From a virus (Duplodnaviria; Caudoviricetes): a stretch of 36,024 nt of DNA. The stretch is from the IMG/VR virus record IMGVR_UViG_3300032269_001237, positions 1 through 36,024 of that record. The stretch is one strand, 5' to 3'. Both the position numbers and the translations under genes were made by a program. The notes beneath the pieces were generated by a model. It ran no database searches, was not told where the DNA came from, and saw nothing but the letters and a program-made list of their open reading frames with translations. Positions 25,725 to 35,369 of this stretch are shown in pieces. Each line of letters starts with the position of its first letter. Positions within the stretch are counted from its first letter, which is position 1.

Positions 25725-27230
25725 TTGGGAATTTTAGATGGGCAACCTGTAAACCAGGCATACACAAATCCAGCATTCCTTGACCGTCGCGCAGACGATA
25801 CAGCTGTTGGGAAATATACTTTAAACAATACCGACACGGCCTCGGGTAGTTCGGTCACGAATCTACAGAGAGAGCATAATTCTGTTGCGTCCTTTGTTGG
25901 GAAGTCTCTCAATTCAGTAAAAAATGATTTGCCAGCGTGGACCAATACACAAGTAGGATCGCCAACCGATACACTAAAAGCTAGAGCGGATTCTTTGACG
26001 CAAAGGTTCTCAGGCTCAGCGGGTCACTCGCATGATGGAACCGACGGACAGGGGCCTAATATTGTAGCGTCGACTCTCGCAAGCGTTCCTTATCGGGGCT
26101 ATGTTTTGCAGGGGACGAGCCTAACCGGGGTGAGTGGATCTTCAACAAATGTGAGCTCTCAACTCTCGGGAAGTACTCCCGGCGGGTCTGCCTCAAGTTT
26201 AGGTGTAGTTACTTCCGCACCCTATAACAAAATTGTCATTAGGCAAGCCACAGGAATCAATGCGGGCGATTCGTTTGTTGATAGCCTGGGGAATGTCGTC
26301 TATGGGCGGTTGACTTATGCGGCTTCAGTCTGGACTCTAAGCTATTACGTTTTGATCTCAGCGGTTGAGACGGCCTATAGTTTTGGCAGTTCGGTCAATG
26401 TCGATTGGTACTATCAACAAATCTATAACCCGATGATCTCCGTGCCTACTTATTCGGAGTTTGCTGTCATTCCCTCAGATAACGTGACCGCCGACGTTCT
26501 ACCCGCCACGCAAAGCACGCAAGGTAAGGTCCTTCTCTCAAGTAGCGCAGGGGCAGCCGTAGGAAGTACGGGCTCAGTCGGTACACCCAACGCAACGGTT
26601 GCGAATGCCGATCACGTTCATGCGGGTGTTCATTCCATTTCTAAGAGTGGTAGCACCGCCCTTTTAGGTGACGTGACAATTACGGGAAGCAATGCCGTTG
26701 CGATTACTCAGGTCGGTCAAAATATTGATATTAGCTCACAAGGCTCAATCGGCTATCAAGAGAGACCCTCAGGAATTGTTAACGGAATTAACGCCACGTT
26801 TGGGCCTTTGACTTATACGCCGAGCTCAGCTGCTTCTGTTTTAGTTTTTGTCGACTATGTGGCGCTTCCTAACACCTCATGGTCATTAGTGGGAAGTAGT
26901 ATTGTATTTAGTTCGGACATTCCCCAACTCGGTCAAAGCGTTTACGTCTTTTATATGTATGCGGGGACGCCGAATACCCCCCCGGTTCCTACCGGTGCAT
27001 TCAATTTAGAGTACAGAACGCTATCCAGCGTTGAGATTAGCGCCAAGAGTTTGACGCTGAATTATGCCCCAGCTGTATCGAATTTAACTGTAGTCGATTT
27101 AGTCGGCTCAACTGCTCAGATATTCAATGTTGATTTTACTGTGGCGGGCTCTTCGCTGACTTGGAATGGCCTTGCGCTCGATGGTATACTTTCAGCTGGT
27201 GATATCTTACGGGTTCAATATTTCACATAA
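25725..27230 (+). CDS. Tail fibre/baseplate protein with two copies of the shared beta module
   Basis: GHSHDGTDGQG and ANADHVH fibre motifs; two C-terminal modules. Confidence 0.7.
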   Translation: MGILDGQPVNQAYTNPAFLDRRADDTAVGKYTLNNTDTASGSSVTNLQREHNSVASFVGKSLNSVKNDLPAWTNTQVGSPTDTLKARADSLTQRFSGSAGHSHDGTDGQGPNIVASTLASVPYRGYVLQGTSLTGVSGSSTNVSSQLSGSTPGGSASSLGVVTSAPYNKIVIRQATGINAGDSFVDSLGNVVYGRLTYAASVWTLSYYVLISAVETAYSFGSSVNVDWYYQQIYNPMISVPTYSEFAVIPSDNVTADVLPATQSTQGKVLLSSSAGAAVGSTGSVGTPNATVANADHVHAGVHSISKSGSTALLGDVTITGSNAVAITQVGQNIDISSQGSIGYQERPSGIVNGINATFGPLTYTPSSAASVLVFVDYVALPNTSWSLVGSSIVFSSDIPQLGQSVYVFYMYAGTPNTPPVPTGAFNLEYRTLSSVEISAKSLTLNYAPAVSNLTVVDLVGSTAQIFNVDFTVAGSSLTWNGLALDGILSAGDILRVQYFT

Positions 27231-27245
27231 CAGGAGGTTTAGAAA

Positions 27246-28619
27246 ATGAGCCAAACAAATGGAAAATTCATTCTACCGGATTCGGTCAATGATTTGAAAA
27301 TCAAGCTGAGAAACGTAGGCCCACTGCGGGCAAGAAATGCCGCTGATTCAGCTGACGTCAATCTTTTACAATTAGACGCATCTAACATTATGCAATTGAT
27401 GACTCGGACACAAATTGCAACCACTCCGAGCTCATCCAATGACGTGGTCAATAAGACTTATGTCGATACCGCGATTTCTTCGGGATCGAGTTCGACGTGG
27501 ATCTCAGCCGTTTTAGACGGTCCACTCAATACCCCCCCAGGATCTCCCTCAAGTGGTGATCGGTACTTAGTTGGAACTAGCCCGAGCGGACTGTGGGCTG
27601 GGCACGCTAACGCAATTGCTTACTATACTACGTCTTGGAATTTCACGACTCCAACGGCGGGCTCGTTTGTTAACGTAAACACCTACACGGCGGGATTTTA
27701 CGTTTATAGCGGCTCTGCATGGGCAGCAAAGGACTTTGAAGAGACGACTGCTAGCACGGGCTTGCAAAAAGTCGGCGTGGACATTCAACCTAAGTTCGAA
27801 GCCTCTAACCCTACCCTTCAAAACTCAGCGGGAAGTCTTGCCGTTAAGCTAGACGGATCGCGAGCGATTACGAGTGGGGCGAGTGGTGTAGGCGTTAATC
27901 TTGAGGTGACTAACCCCACGTTGCAAATTGCAACAAACCAACTCGGCGTCAAGCTGGATAGTGCTGCACCAATTGTCACGAGTAGCACCGGTCTAGTCTT
28001 GCAGCTTGAGGCGTCTAACCCTTCTCTTCAAACGGTGAGCAACCGAATCGGCGTGAAATTAGACGCAGCCGGTGCAATCGTGTCAGGCTCGGGCGGGGTA
28101 GCCGTGCAATTAGAGTCGACAACTCCTACGCTTCAAATTGCGACAAATAAACTTGGGGTCAAACTCAATGCGGCGGGTGCAATTACAAGTGGGGCGTCTG
28201 GTGTTGGAGTAAACCTCGAAGCTTCTAACCCGACGTTGCAGATTGCGACCAACCAACTGGGTGTAAAACTCAATGCGGCGGGTGCAATCGTCACGGGTTC
28301 AAGCGGCGTTGCAGTGCAAGTAGACGGCGTAACTGTTAAGATCAACGGCTCAAATCAATTGGAAGGGCTCAAGCCTACGAAGGAAAGCTTCACTCTTTCG
28401 GCTACTAATATTACGAACGGTTACATTGATCTTTCTCATGTGGTTCAGACTGGATCGGTCTTGTTTTTTGCAACTGGATTGTTGCAATTAGAAGGTACGG
28501 ATTATACCTTATCCACAGTTTCTAGTGTGACCCGAGTAACTTTTGCAGGGGATTTGACTGCCGCTGGCACTGCGTTAGTATCGGGTGACAAGATTACGGT
28601 TGCTTACTCGTACTTGTAA
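27246..28619 (+). CDS. Tail fibre with DUF2793-like domain and repeat shaft
   Basis: TPPGSPSSGDRYLV...G.WAGH.N.IA.....W.F..P (DUF2793-like); five 35-aa repeats; AGGAGG RBS. Confidence 0.8.
   Translation: MSQTNGKFILPDSVNDLKIKLRNVGPLRARNAADSADVNLLQLDASNIMQLMTRTQIATTPSSSNDVVNKTYVDTAISSGSSSTWISAVLDGPLNTPPGSPSSGDRYLVGTSPSGLWAGHANAIAYYTTSWNFTTPTAGSFVNVNTYTAGFYVYSGSAWAAKDFEETTASTGLQKVGVDIQPKFEASNPTLQNSAGSLAVKLDGSRAITSGASGVGVNLEVTNPTLQIATNQLGVKLDSAAPIVTSSTGLVLQLEASNPSLQTVSNRIGVKLDAAGAIVSGSGGVAVQLESTTPTLQIATNKLGVKLNAAGAITSGASGVGVNLEASNPTLQIATNQLGVKLNAAGAIVTGSSGVAVQVDGVTVKINGSNQLEGLKPTKESFTLSATNITNGYIDLSHVVQTGSVLFFATGLLQLEGTDYTLSTVSSVTRVTFAGDLTAAGTALVSGDKITVAYSYL
27792..28316 (+). repeat. Five 105-nt (35-aa) coding repeats
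   Basis: Units start at 27792, 27897, 28002, 28107, 28212; consensus xLEASNPTLQIATNQLGVKLxAAGAIxSGxxGVxV. Confidence 0.9.
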
Positions 28620-28632
28620 TTGAGGGAATAGA

Positions 28633-28881
28633 ATGCGTCTTGTAAATCGTTACATCAATGAAGGCTGGACTCAGGAAACTCCCACGGGTACGATCAACGG
28701 CTCGAATAAAGTTTTCACGCTAGCCAACACACCGGATGACTCCGCAAATGTCGCTGTACATTTGGACGGGTTATGTCAGAGACCTACAACGGATTATTCG
28801 ATTTCGGGGAGTACGATTACATTCGTCACCGCGCCCGCTTTGGGGCAAGACGTATTCGTCCTTTATTGTAAGAGGGTATAA
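28633..28881 (+). CDS. Stand-alone copy of the shared beta module
   Basis: ETPTGTINGSNKVFTL...V.LDGL.Q....DYSISGSTITF..AP..G......Y. Confidence 0.7.
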   Translation: MRLVNRYINEGWTQETPTGTINGSNKVFTLANTPDDSANVAVHLDGLCQRPTTDYSISGSTITFVTAPALGQDVFVLYCKRV

Positions 28882-28884
28882 GAG

Positions 28885-30879
28885 ATGGGCAGACTACAGA
28901 ATGAAGATCATAAAAGCAGTGCGGAATTAATTGCAGCGGGCGGGACGGCTGCCCAGTTACTGAATGACTCAAAAATCTATGTCACTGGAAACGGAATTAA
29001 CGACACTCTCTATAATGCGATTGTAGGCGGATCAATCGGAGGAGGAGGAGGCGGTAGTAAAAACTACATTACCGTGGGCTCAACCTTCGAGAACAACGCT
29101 ACGACCGGATGGTCTCTTGCTCATTCCACCCTTGATTCGACAAGCAAAGTCCCTAATCAAGTAAGCGGCTCTTGGACGTCTGCCGCTGGAACTTTATCCA
29201 TTACGACAGTAGGCTCAGGCTCTCAGTTAGCGGGTAACTACTCCTTATCTCTCGTTTCATCCGCTGCAACTACAGCCGGGGACATGCTGGTTTCGAATGC
29301 GATTACCTTAGACAAGGAAGCGCAGGCGTCTGTTCAGACGATCACCTGTTATTATAAAGTTGCCTCTGGTTCTCCTAATTTTTCTGGTACCTCCTCAAAC
29401 TCGTTAGCCGCCGCCATCTATGACGTAACGAATAGCGTCTGGATTCAGCCCTCCGGGACTTATAACTTTACCAATACGGGAACGGTTGGGAAGTTTTCAG
29501 CGACGTTTCAAGTGCCGAGCAATTCTACTTCGGTTAGGTTAGCTTTATTTTTTCCGAATGCTTCCAGTGGAGCCGTGACTATTTATTTCGATGATTTCGG
29601 ATTAGGCCCACAGGTTTCTCCGTTAGCTCCGGCAGTGAGCGATTTTCAAAGCTACACGCCAACATTTGCAGGAATGGGCACGGTAACAGGAATTTATTGC
29701 TATTGGGCGCGTTTTGGAAATGCCATTCGAGTTTACGGAAAATTTACAACTGGCACGGTTACAGCTGCAAATGCAACATTTACACTGCCCAATGGGCTAA
29801 CTAATTCAGACACGCAAGGCGAAATTGGTGGGGAATGGTGGAGAGATGTTTCGGGTGGAGGTGCTGTAAAGCGCGGTTCTCTCCCTTATGCACCTGGCTC
29901 TAATTTAGTAGGATTTTCATGGGATGACTCTACACAAGCCGTATCGCCAGCAGCACAACAACTTGCATCATCAATTATGGGCTCATCTCAAACCATTTTT
30001 TTCTGGTTTCAATGCCCTATCACTGGCTGGAGCTCCAACAGCGTCGCGTCAAGCGATACAGATACTCGAATCGTGGCGATGCAGGCGTATTTGTCGACGA
30101 ACACAGCAAATGCTGGAGCTAATACAGTTACGCCTTTCAACACGGTATTGAACGATACGCATGCAGGTTACTCAACGGGTACAAATTTATACACGGTTCC
30201 GGTTAGTGGTTATTACCGCGTCAGCGTTTCTGGAATTACAACCTCATCAAGTGGAACTTGGTATATTCGGAAAAATTCTACTTCATTTCAAGATTTGGCA
30301 TCTGTTTTCAGCACGCAAGTAAGTTCAGGGGCTCAAACAATTCTCTGCAATGCAGGAGATACTTTAGGAGTTTTTGCAAACGCGTCATTAACTTTTTCGG
30401 GAAGTGGAGCTCCTTACGCCACGTGTTTAAGCATTGAGCGCCTTTCAGGTCCTGCAGTTATCACTGCGACGGAGAGCGTGAACGCGGCGTATTATGGCAC
30501 TGGATCTCTCGCGGTCACGACGAGCTATCAAAATGTTACATTTAACAATCGAGAATATGATTCTCATTTAGCTTTTAATGGCACCACGTTTACCGCTCCG
30601 GTTTCTGGGGTTTATTTATTTAGTCCCACTATTGCTATAGGCGCATCCGCTGCGAATAATGCGTACGTTGTTTACGTGAAAAATGGCACTCAGGTCGCAA
30701 GCACCAGTAATGTTTGTGTAAGATTTACCGCAGCATATTCCGATACTCGGACTTATGCTTATCAACCTAAATTAAATGCAGGAGATACAGTGTCTATTCA
30801 ATTTGCAGCTGACACCAATGGTGTTGTGACTGTAGGTCAATCAACTTCGAGAATGCAAATTACGAGAGTAGGTAACTAA
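28885..30879 (+). CDS. Receptor-binding tail protein with tandem C1q/TNF-like domains
   Basis: Two F.....D.H......T..P(V)SG.Y motifs ending in GDT(L/V); N-terminal jelly-roll-like region. Confidence 0.75.
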   Translation: MGRLQNEDHKSSAELIAAGGTAAQLLNDSKIYVTGNGINDTLYNAIVGGSIGGGGGGSKNYITVGSTFENNATTGWSLAHSTLDSTSKVPNQVSGSWTSAAGTLSITTVGSGSQLAGNYSLSLVSSAATTAGDMLVSNAITLDKEAQASVQTITCYYKVASGSPNFSGTSSNSLAAAIYDVTNSVWIQPSGTYNFTNTGTVGKFSATFQVPSNSTSVRLALFFPNASSGAVTIYFDDFGLGPQVSPLAPAVSDFQSYTPTFAGMGTVTGIYCYWARFGNAIRVYGKFTTGTVTAANATFTLPNGLTNSDTQGEIGGEWWRDVSGGGAVKRGSLPYAPGSNLVGFSWDDSTQAVSPAAQQLASSIMGSSQTIFFWFQCPITGWSSNSVASSDTDTRIVAMQAYLSTNTANAGANTVTPFNTVLNDTHAGYSTGTNLYTVPVSGYYRVSVSGITTSSSGTWYIRKNSTSFQDLASVFSTQVSSGAQTILCNAGDTLGVFANASLTFSGSGAPYATCLSIERLSGPAVITATESVNAAYYGTGSLAVTTSYQNVTFNNREYDSHLAFNGTTFTAPVSGVYLFSPTIAIGASAANNAYVVYVKNGTQVASTSNVCVRFTAAYSDTRTYAYQPKLNAGDTVSIQFAADTNGVVTVGQSTSRMQITRVGN

Positions 30880-31187
30880 TGAAACGAGTCATTGTTAAGA
30901 ATTTAGATGGCATTCAAACGAACGGTGCTGATTTAGAAGATCCAATTCAGTGGATTGCTGAGTGCGAAGCAATGGGCGCATGGGGCGTCGAAGGCTCATA
31001 CACTGTTGAGGTAATTGACCTAGATCAAGATCCAGCTTGGCTACTTGAGCAATGTCATTCAAAACGAGCTGCTGAATACCCGCCGATGTCCGACTATCTA
31101 GACGGAATTGTAAAAGGTGATCAAGCTCAGATCGATAAATACATTGCAGATTGCAAGGCTGTAAAAGTCAAATATCCTAAACCTTAG
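30879..31187 (+). CDS. Tail fibre assembly chaperone-like protein
   Basis: RAAEYP...YLD......Y..C.AVK.KYPKP motif; directly after the fibre gene. Confidence 0.7.
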   Translation: MKRVIVKNLDGIQTNGADLEDPIQWIAECEAMGAWGVEGSYTVEVIDLDQDPAWLLEQCHSKRAAEYPPMSDYLDGIVKGDQAQIDKYIADCKAVKVKYPKP

Positions 31188-31201
31188 AAAGTTGAGACAT
31201 C

Positions 31202-33715
31202 GTGAGTGCGACGCAGTACCCAGACAATTATGTCTTAACGACAGCGGCGCAGACTAAACAACTCAATATTGTTCTATGCATTGACGGGCTCTCAACCTGT
31301 TTTTCAGTCGCAAATACCTATACCCGAATCAGGTATGGTGATGCGGGAATTTACTACGGGACACCCGGCGTAGTGTATGGAGCTCTAAGACTTCGCGATG
31401 ATGTAAAATCTTATCTGAGCTTTGACTCAGGCATGACTTTGTCACAAAGGCTTGAGCCAGAACAGGGTCGCGCATCGATCTCACAATTTAGTTTTACGCT
31501 CATTGATAAAGATGGCTACGTCTCGCAAGTCGTCTCACCCGGTGGTGGGCTACTCAATGAGATTCTAGGCCGAGCCGTCACGGTTAGAATGGGTTATCTC
31601 AACAATAGCTACCCAGAGGATTATTTTGTCGTATTCCGTGGCATCATCACGAATGTTCAAATCGTCGCGGGCAAGGTTAACCTCTCCATAGGAGATGCGA
31701 ATCAAAAAAGACGCTCAGCTACGTTTAAGGTCGCAAAAACCACACTCACGGCTGACATCACAAGTTCGCAACTCAATATCCCCATTAGCTCAATCGTTAA
31801 TTTTTATGACCTCATAATAGATGAAAGTCCGGCTACTCCGAACCTTTGGAGTGTAAAGCCCTACGTGATTATTGAAAATGAAATCATCCCTTACGGCTAT
31901 GGTGCAATCTCTGGAAATACGATTACGGCTTATTCACGGGGGGGAGTGTATGCGAGAGGCACAAGTGCGGCAGCTCATGCGAACGGAACGAACGTCACGA
32001 ATGGAATTGAAATCAATGGTCATCCAATTAACCTAGCTTTGAGAATTATGCTCTCTGGCTGGGGTGGGCAGCCTTGGAAAACAGGAGTAATCTGTACCGC
32101 TTTGGGTCTAGTCATTGACGGAACGGTCACGCCCGCTGCTAATGTGATCGTGCTCCCCCCCGCAACAGACGCAGATATCGAGTATGGCCTAGTCATAAAT
32201 GACCGCGTGCAAATCTCAGGCAGCACGGCGGGGAATGACGGAACTTATACGATTACAGCCTTCGGGACGTGTGAAGGGTTTTCTAATCGATTGATCTATA
32301 TCAGCTCAAATCTTGCTATCGAAAATCCGGCCTCAAGTGTGACTCTCTCGTTTTATTCTCAGTTTGACGTTTTGCCTAATAACGCGGGGCTTGCCCTAAC
32401 TCCAAACGACGTGGATGTAAAAACCCACATTAAATATAGAGATACCGTTTTTGTGGGCACTGAGTACTTTATGGTACTCTACATTACGAGCCAACAAACG
32501 GGTAAGGCGTTCATTGAAAGTGAAATGTATTTACCCATGGGAGCGTACTCACTCACTCGTTATGGCAGGCTCTCCATGGGTTATACTAAGCCGCCCATTG
32601 CAGCGGATAAGCTTGTGGTGCTTGACGCAAATAATGTGGTTAACCCTCAAAACATTTCAGTCTCGCGGGGGCTCAATAACCGAAAATTCTATAACGAAAT
32701 TCAATTTCAATACGATGCAACGGACGCGGGTAATTTTCAAGAAGTCGTGCGCTCAGTCGATACAGACTCATTAACTAAGATTGGGATTTTGCAGCTCTTG
32801 CCGATTGCATCGCAAGGATTGAAGGCTCAATACGGGGGTGGAATTCTTGCCAACCGGATTTGTAATCGCTTACTCACCCGATTCAGGCAGGCAGCCTTTG
32901 ACGTTCAGCTCTCGACGTTTTGGAATCCGGGCACGTTCATTGAGGCAGGCGACGGGGTAGTGCTTCGCGACGGTGGGTATTTGCATTTAACTAACTTTGC
33001 AAACGGTACAAGAGACCTAGGCTCTCAAGTCCTAGAGGTGACTGACCGAACGATTGACCTCAAAACAGGGCAAGTGAAGCTCACTCTCACGTCTGCCTTG
33101 GGGAATATCTTAGACGCTCGCTATGCGGTAGTGTCTCCCTCCTCTCAAATCTCAGCGACCGGCACGACGACAAGTCAACTCAAAATAAAGCCAAGCTACG
33201 GCAACACCGTGGATGAGATTTTAAAGTGGACTCAACTTGTAGGGATTGACCTTTTGATTCATGATTACACGTTTACGCATGTTGAGACGCGGACGCTCAC
33301 GGGAATCAGCTCAACGCAACCTGACACGCTTTTACTCTCAAGCCCACTTTCGTTTTTACCGGGCGAGGATTATATCATCGATGTCGCACGCTATGGAAGT
33401 GGTACAGATCCAGCCTATAACTCGCTTGCGAAGGCGGTTTATTGCTTCATGGACCCGACTCTCACTGTACTTGCGGGGCTCTCTACTACTCAATTCACGG
33501 TGTCCTTGAGTGACCTGGCCAAGCTGTCCTTAAATGCATCTATTTTTATTCGAAGTGATGATTGGTCAGTCAAAAGCCCAGACGTGAAAGTATCGCAAAT
33601 CATTAGCCCTAACACGGTGGTGGTGAGTGACTCGGTAGGGTTTACCCCTTCAGCTGGCCAAAAAATTGAGTTAGTAGGGTTTTTAGATAGCGGCGGGGCC
33701 TATCGCTATTTGTAA
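31202..33715 (+). CDS. Baseplate hub / tail tip protein
   Basis: 837 aa, beta-rich; F.G.I motif and C-terminal IEAGD.V OB-like segment typical of hub proteins. Confidence 0.6.
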   Translation: MSATQYPDNYVLTTAAQTKQLNIVLCIDGLSTCFSVANTYTRIRYGDAGIYYGTPGVVYGALRLRDDVKSYLSFDSGMTLSQRLEPEQGRASISQFSFTLIDKDGYVSQVVSPGGGLLNEILGRAVTVRMGYLNNSYPEDYFVVFRGIITNVQIVAGKVNLSIGDANQKRRSATFKVAKTTLTADITSSQLNIPISSIVNFYDLIIDESPATPNLWSVKPYVIIENEIIPYGYGAISGNTITAYSRGGVYARGTSAAAHANGTNVTNGIEINGHPINLALRIMLSGWGGQPWKTGVICTALGLVIDGTVTPAANVIVLPPATDADIEYGLVINDRVQISGSTAGNDGTYTITAFGTCEGFSNRLIYISSNLAIENPASSVTLSFYSQFDVLPNNAGLALTPNDVDVKTHIKYRDTVFVGTEYFMVLYITSQQTGKAFIESEMYLPMGAYSLTRYGRLSMGYTKPPIAADKLVVLDANNVVNPQNISVSRGLNNRKFYNEIQFQYDATDAGNFQEVVRSVDTDSLTKIGILQLLPIASQGLKAQYGGGILANRICNRLLTRFRQAAFDVQLSTFWNPGTFIEAGDGVVLRDGGYLHLTNFANGTRDLGSQVLEVTDRTIDLKTGQVKLTLTSALGNILDARYAVVSPSSQISATGTTTSQLKIKPSYGNTVDEILKWTQLVGIDLLIHDYTFTHVETRTLTGISSTQPDTLLLSSPLSFLPGEDYIIDVARYGSGTDPAYNSLAKAVYCFMDPTLTVLAGLSTTQFTVSLSDLAKLSLNASIFIRSDDWSVKSPDVKVSQIISPNTVVVSDSVGFTPSAGQKIELVGFLDSGGAYRYL

Positions 33716-33723
33716 GGAGATTT

Positions 33724-34269
33724 ATGTCAAATTTAAGTACGACAAGCACACTCATTCAGACGGAATCGCTTCAGTATCAAGCGCCCGTCTCAGAGAGCTC
33801 AATGCAAGCGATGGGTGGGGCGATTAATTATTGTTTATTAAAACTGATTCCGATTGGGACAGTGCTTCCCTCGATGCTGACTCAAGCTCAATTCAATGGT
33901 CAGGTAGGCGTGGGCTATTGGGTGATAGCAGATGGCTCATCTTGCACAGGTACAACCTATGCTTCAGTGACTGGATATGCAACCGTGCCGGATCTTCGCG
34001 GGGTATTTCTCCGAGGTAAAAACAATGGGAGAGCCGACGGAAAACAAAACCCCGACGGTGATCTGTCGCTAGGGACGTATCAAGCCGATGCGTTTGCAAG
34101 TCATAACCATAGCTATACAGTAGATGGCGACAACGGTAATCAGCCGGGAAACCATGCTGCGTGTGGTAATCAAACGGGCGGCACTCGTACTAATACAGTC
34201 GATTTCACTGGTGGTAATGAAACGAGAGCCAGGAACGTGACAATTAACTATTTTATCCGGGTGAATTAA
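33724..34269 (+). CDS. Phage tail collar domain protein
   Basis: PIGTV...W...DG...PDLRG.FLRG...LG.YQ.D...SH.H...GGNETR.RN.....IR. Confidence 0.85.
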   Translation: MSNLSTTSTLIQTESLQYQAPVSESSMQAMGGAINYCLLKLIPIGTVLPSMLTQAQFNGQVGVGYWVIADGSSCTGTTYASVTGYATVPDLRGVFLRGKNNGRADGKQNPDGDLSLGTYQADAFASHNHSYTVDGDNGNQPGNHAACGNQTGGTRTNTVDFTGGNETRARNVTINYFIRVN

Positions 34270-34742
34270 TGCAAGAGATCATAGAGGCGATTGAGGCAAC
34301 GGCAAAAGAGCAAAAGATAGACCCGAAGCTACTGCAGGCGATTTGCACGGTTGAGAGTAGTTTAAAAACCAATCTAGTGCGTTTTGAGCCTGCTTATAGT
34401 TATTTATTTCAGACCTCAACGTTTGCAACCAAACTTCTCATCTCACAAGACACTGAAGCAGCGTGCCAGAAATTCAGCTATGGACTCGGGCAAGTTATGG
34501 GCGCAGTCTGTAGGGAATACGGCTATAAAGAGAATTTAATGAGCCTTGTAACTGACTGGAAAACTGCTTTAAAATTCTCAGCGATGCACCTTGCTAAATA
34601 CCTGAAAAATAGACCTAACGTGCAAGACGCCATTGCAAGCTACAATGCGGGCTCTGTCAGGAAAACACCTGACAATATTTATGTAAATCAAGCTTATGTA
34701 AATAAAGTCATGCATGAATTTGAAATGCTCAAGTCCGTTTGA
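34269..34742 (+). CDS. Endolysin, SLT-type lytic transglycosylase
   Basis: Catalytic VES, SYGLGQVM, ASYNAG, YVNKV motifs; no signal peptide. Confidence 0.85.
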   Translation: MQEIIEAIEATAKEQKIDPKLLQAICTVESSLKTNLVRFEPAYSYLFQTSTFATKLLISQDTEAACQKFSYGLGQVMGAVCREYGYKENLMSLVTDWKTALKFSAMHLAKYLKNRPNVQDAIASYNAGSVRKTPDNIYVNQAYVNKVMHEFEMLKSV

Positions 34743-34767
34743 TTTCGCTTTGATTCTTCCCCATAAT
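34739..34767 (+). promoter_or_regulatory. Putative sigma70-like promoter for the holin/spanin cassette
   Basis: TTGATT(34739-34744)-N17-CATAAT(34762-34767). Confidence 0.45.
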
Positions 34768-34826
34768 CAAAGGAGGAGGCTGTTACAAGGAAGTGACTTG
34801 CCTCCGCGAAAACCAAGGGGATAAAG

Positions 34827-34973
34827 ATGGAACAAATGATCGATCAATTACCAATTATTTTAGGCGTTCTTTTAGGCATCTCTGAAAGCCTTGCGCTCAT
34901 TCCAGCTTGTAAGAGCAACGGCATACTTGACGCGATTATTAAAGTACTCAAGGTTTTAAGTAAAAAAGAATGA
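34827..34973 (+). CDS. Small holin-like membrane protein (48 aa, not in ORF track)
   Basis: MEQMIDQLPIILGVLLGISESLALIPACKSNGILDAIIKVLKVLSKKE; AAGGGG upstream; between endolysin and spanins; ATGA overlap. Confidence 0.7.
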   Translation: MEQMIDQLPIILGVLLGISESLALIPACKSNGILDAIIKVLKVLSKKE

Positions 34974-35179
34974 TCACAGGCATTCTCACCTTTTTGCAAA
35001 TGCTGCCACGGCTGTTCACACTTATGGAGCAACTAGGACGCGTCATGGCAGATAAGCGTTTTCACGCCTGGTTAGATGATCTTGAGAAAACAGTGGATCG
35101 AATCGAGAAGGCTCAGACACCGAAGGAGAAGCAAGATGCCGCGCAAGCTCTGGCTCAGTCTATTCGTAATTCTCGCTAG
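34970..35179 (+). CDS. Putative inner-membrane spanin (Rz-like)
   Basis: Hydrophobic N-terminus plus helical C-terminus; 3' end overlaps a lipoprotein gene. Confidence 0.55.
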   Translation: MITGILTFLQMLPRLFTLMEQLGRVMADKRFHAWLDDLEKTVDRIEKAQTPKEKQDAAQALAQSIRNSR

Positions 35180-35369
35180 TTGTAACAATGGGCCAAACGT
35201 CACGATTTGTCTGATTGATTCAAAAAACCAGACCCTTGAGTGCTCAAATGCGGATGGCATTAAAACGACGTTAAGGCTTGATGATTCAGACAACTACGTG
35301 TGTCTATCTCCCCAGGATGCTGAGCGGCTTTTGCGTGCTTATAATCAAGCGGGGGGGTGTTTACCGTGA
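35136..35369 (+). CDS. Putative outer-membrane lipoprotein spanin (Rz1-like)
   Basis: Start ATG 35136 after AAGGAG; MPRKLWLSLFVILAS-C lipobox; further cysteines. Confidence 0.7.
   Translation: MPRKLWLSLFVILASCNNGPNVTICLIDSKNQTLECSNADGIKTTLRLDDSDNYVCLSPQDAERLLRAYNQAGGCLP

Noticed and set aside
28885-30879. Diversity-generating retroelement or invertase-driven fibre switching
   Set aside because: No reverse transcriptase or recombinase gene, and no template repeat or inverted cassette seen
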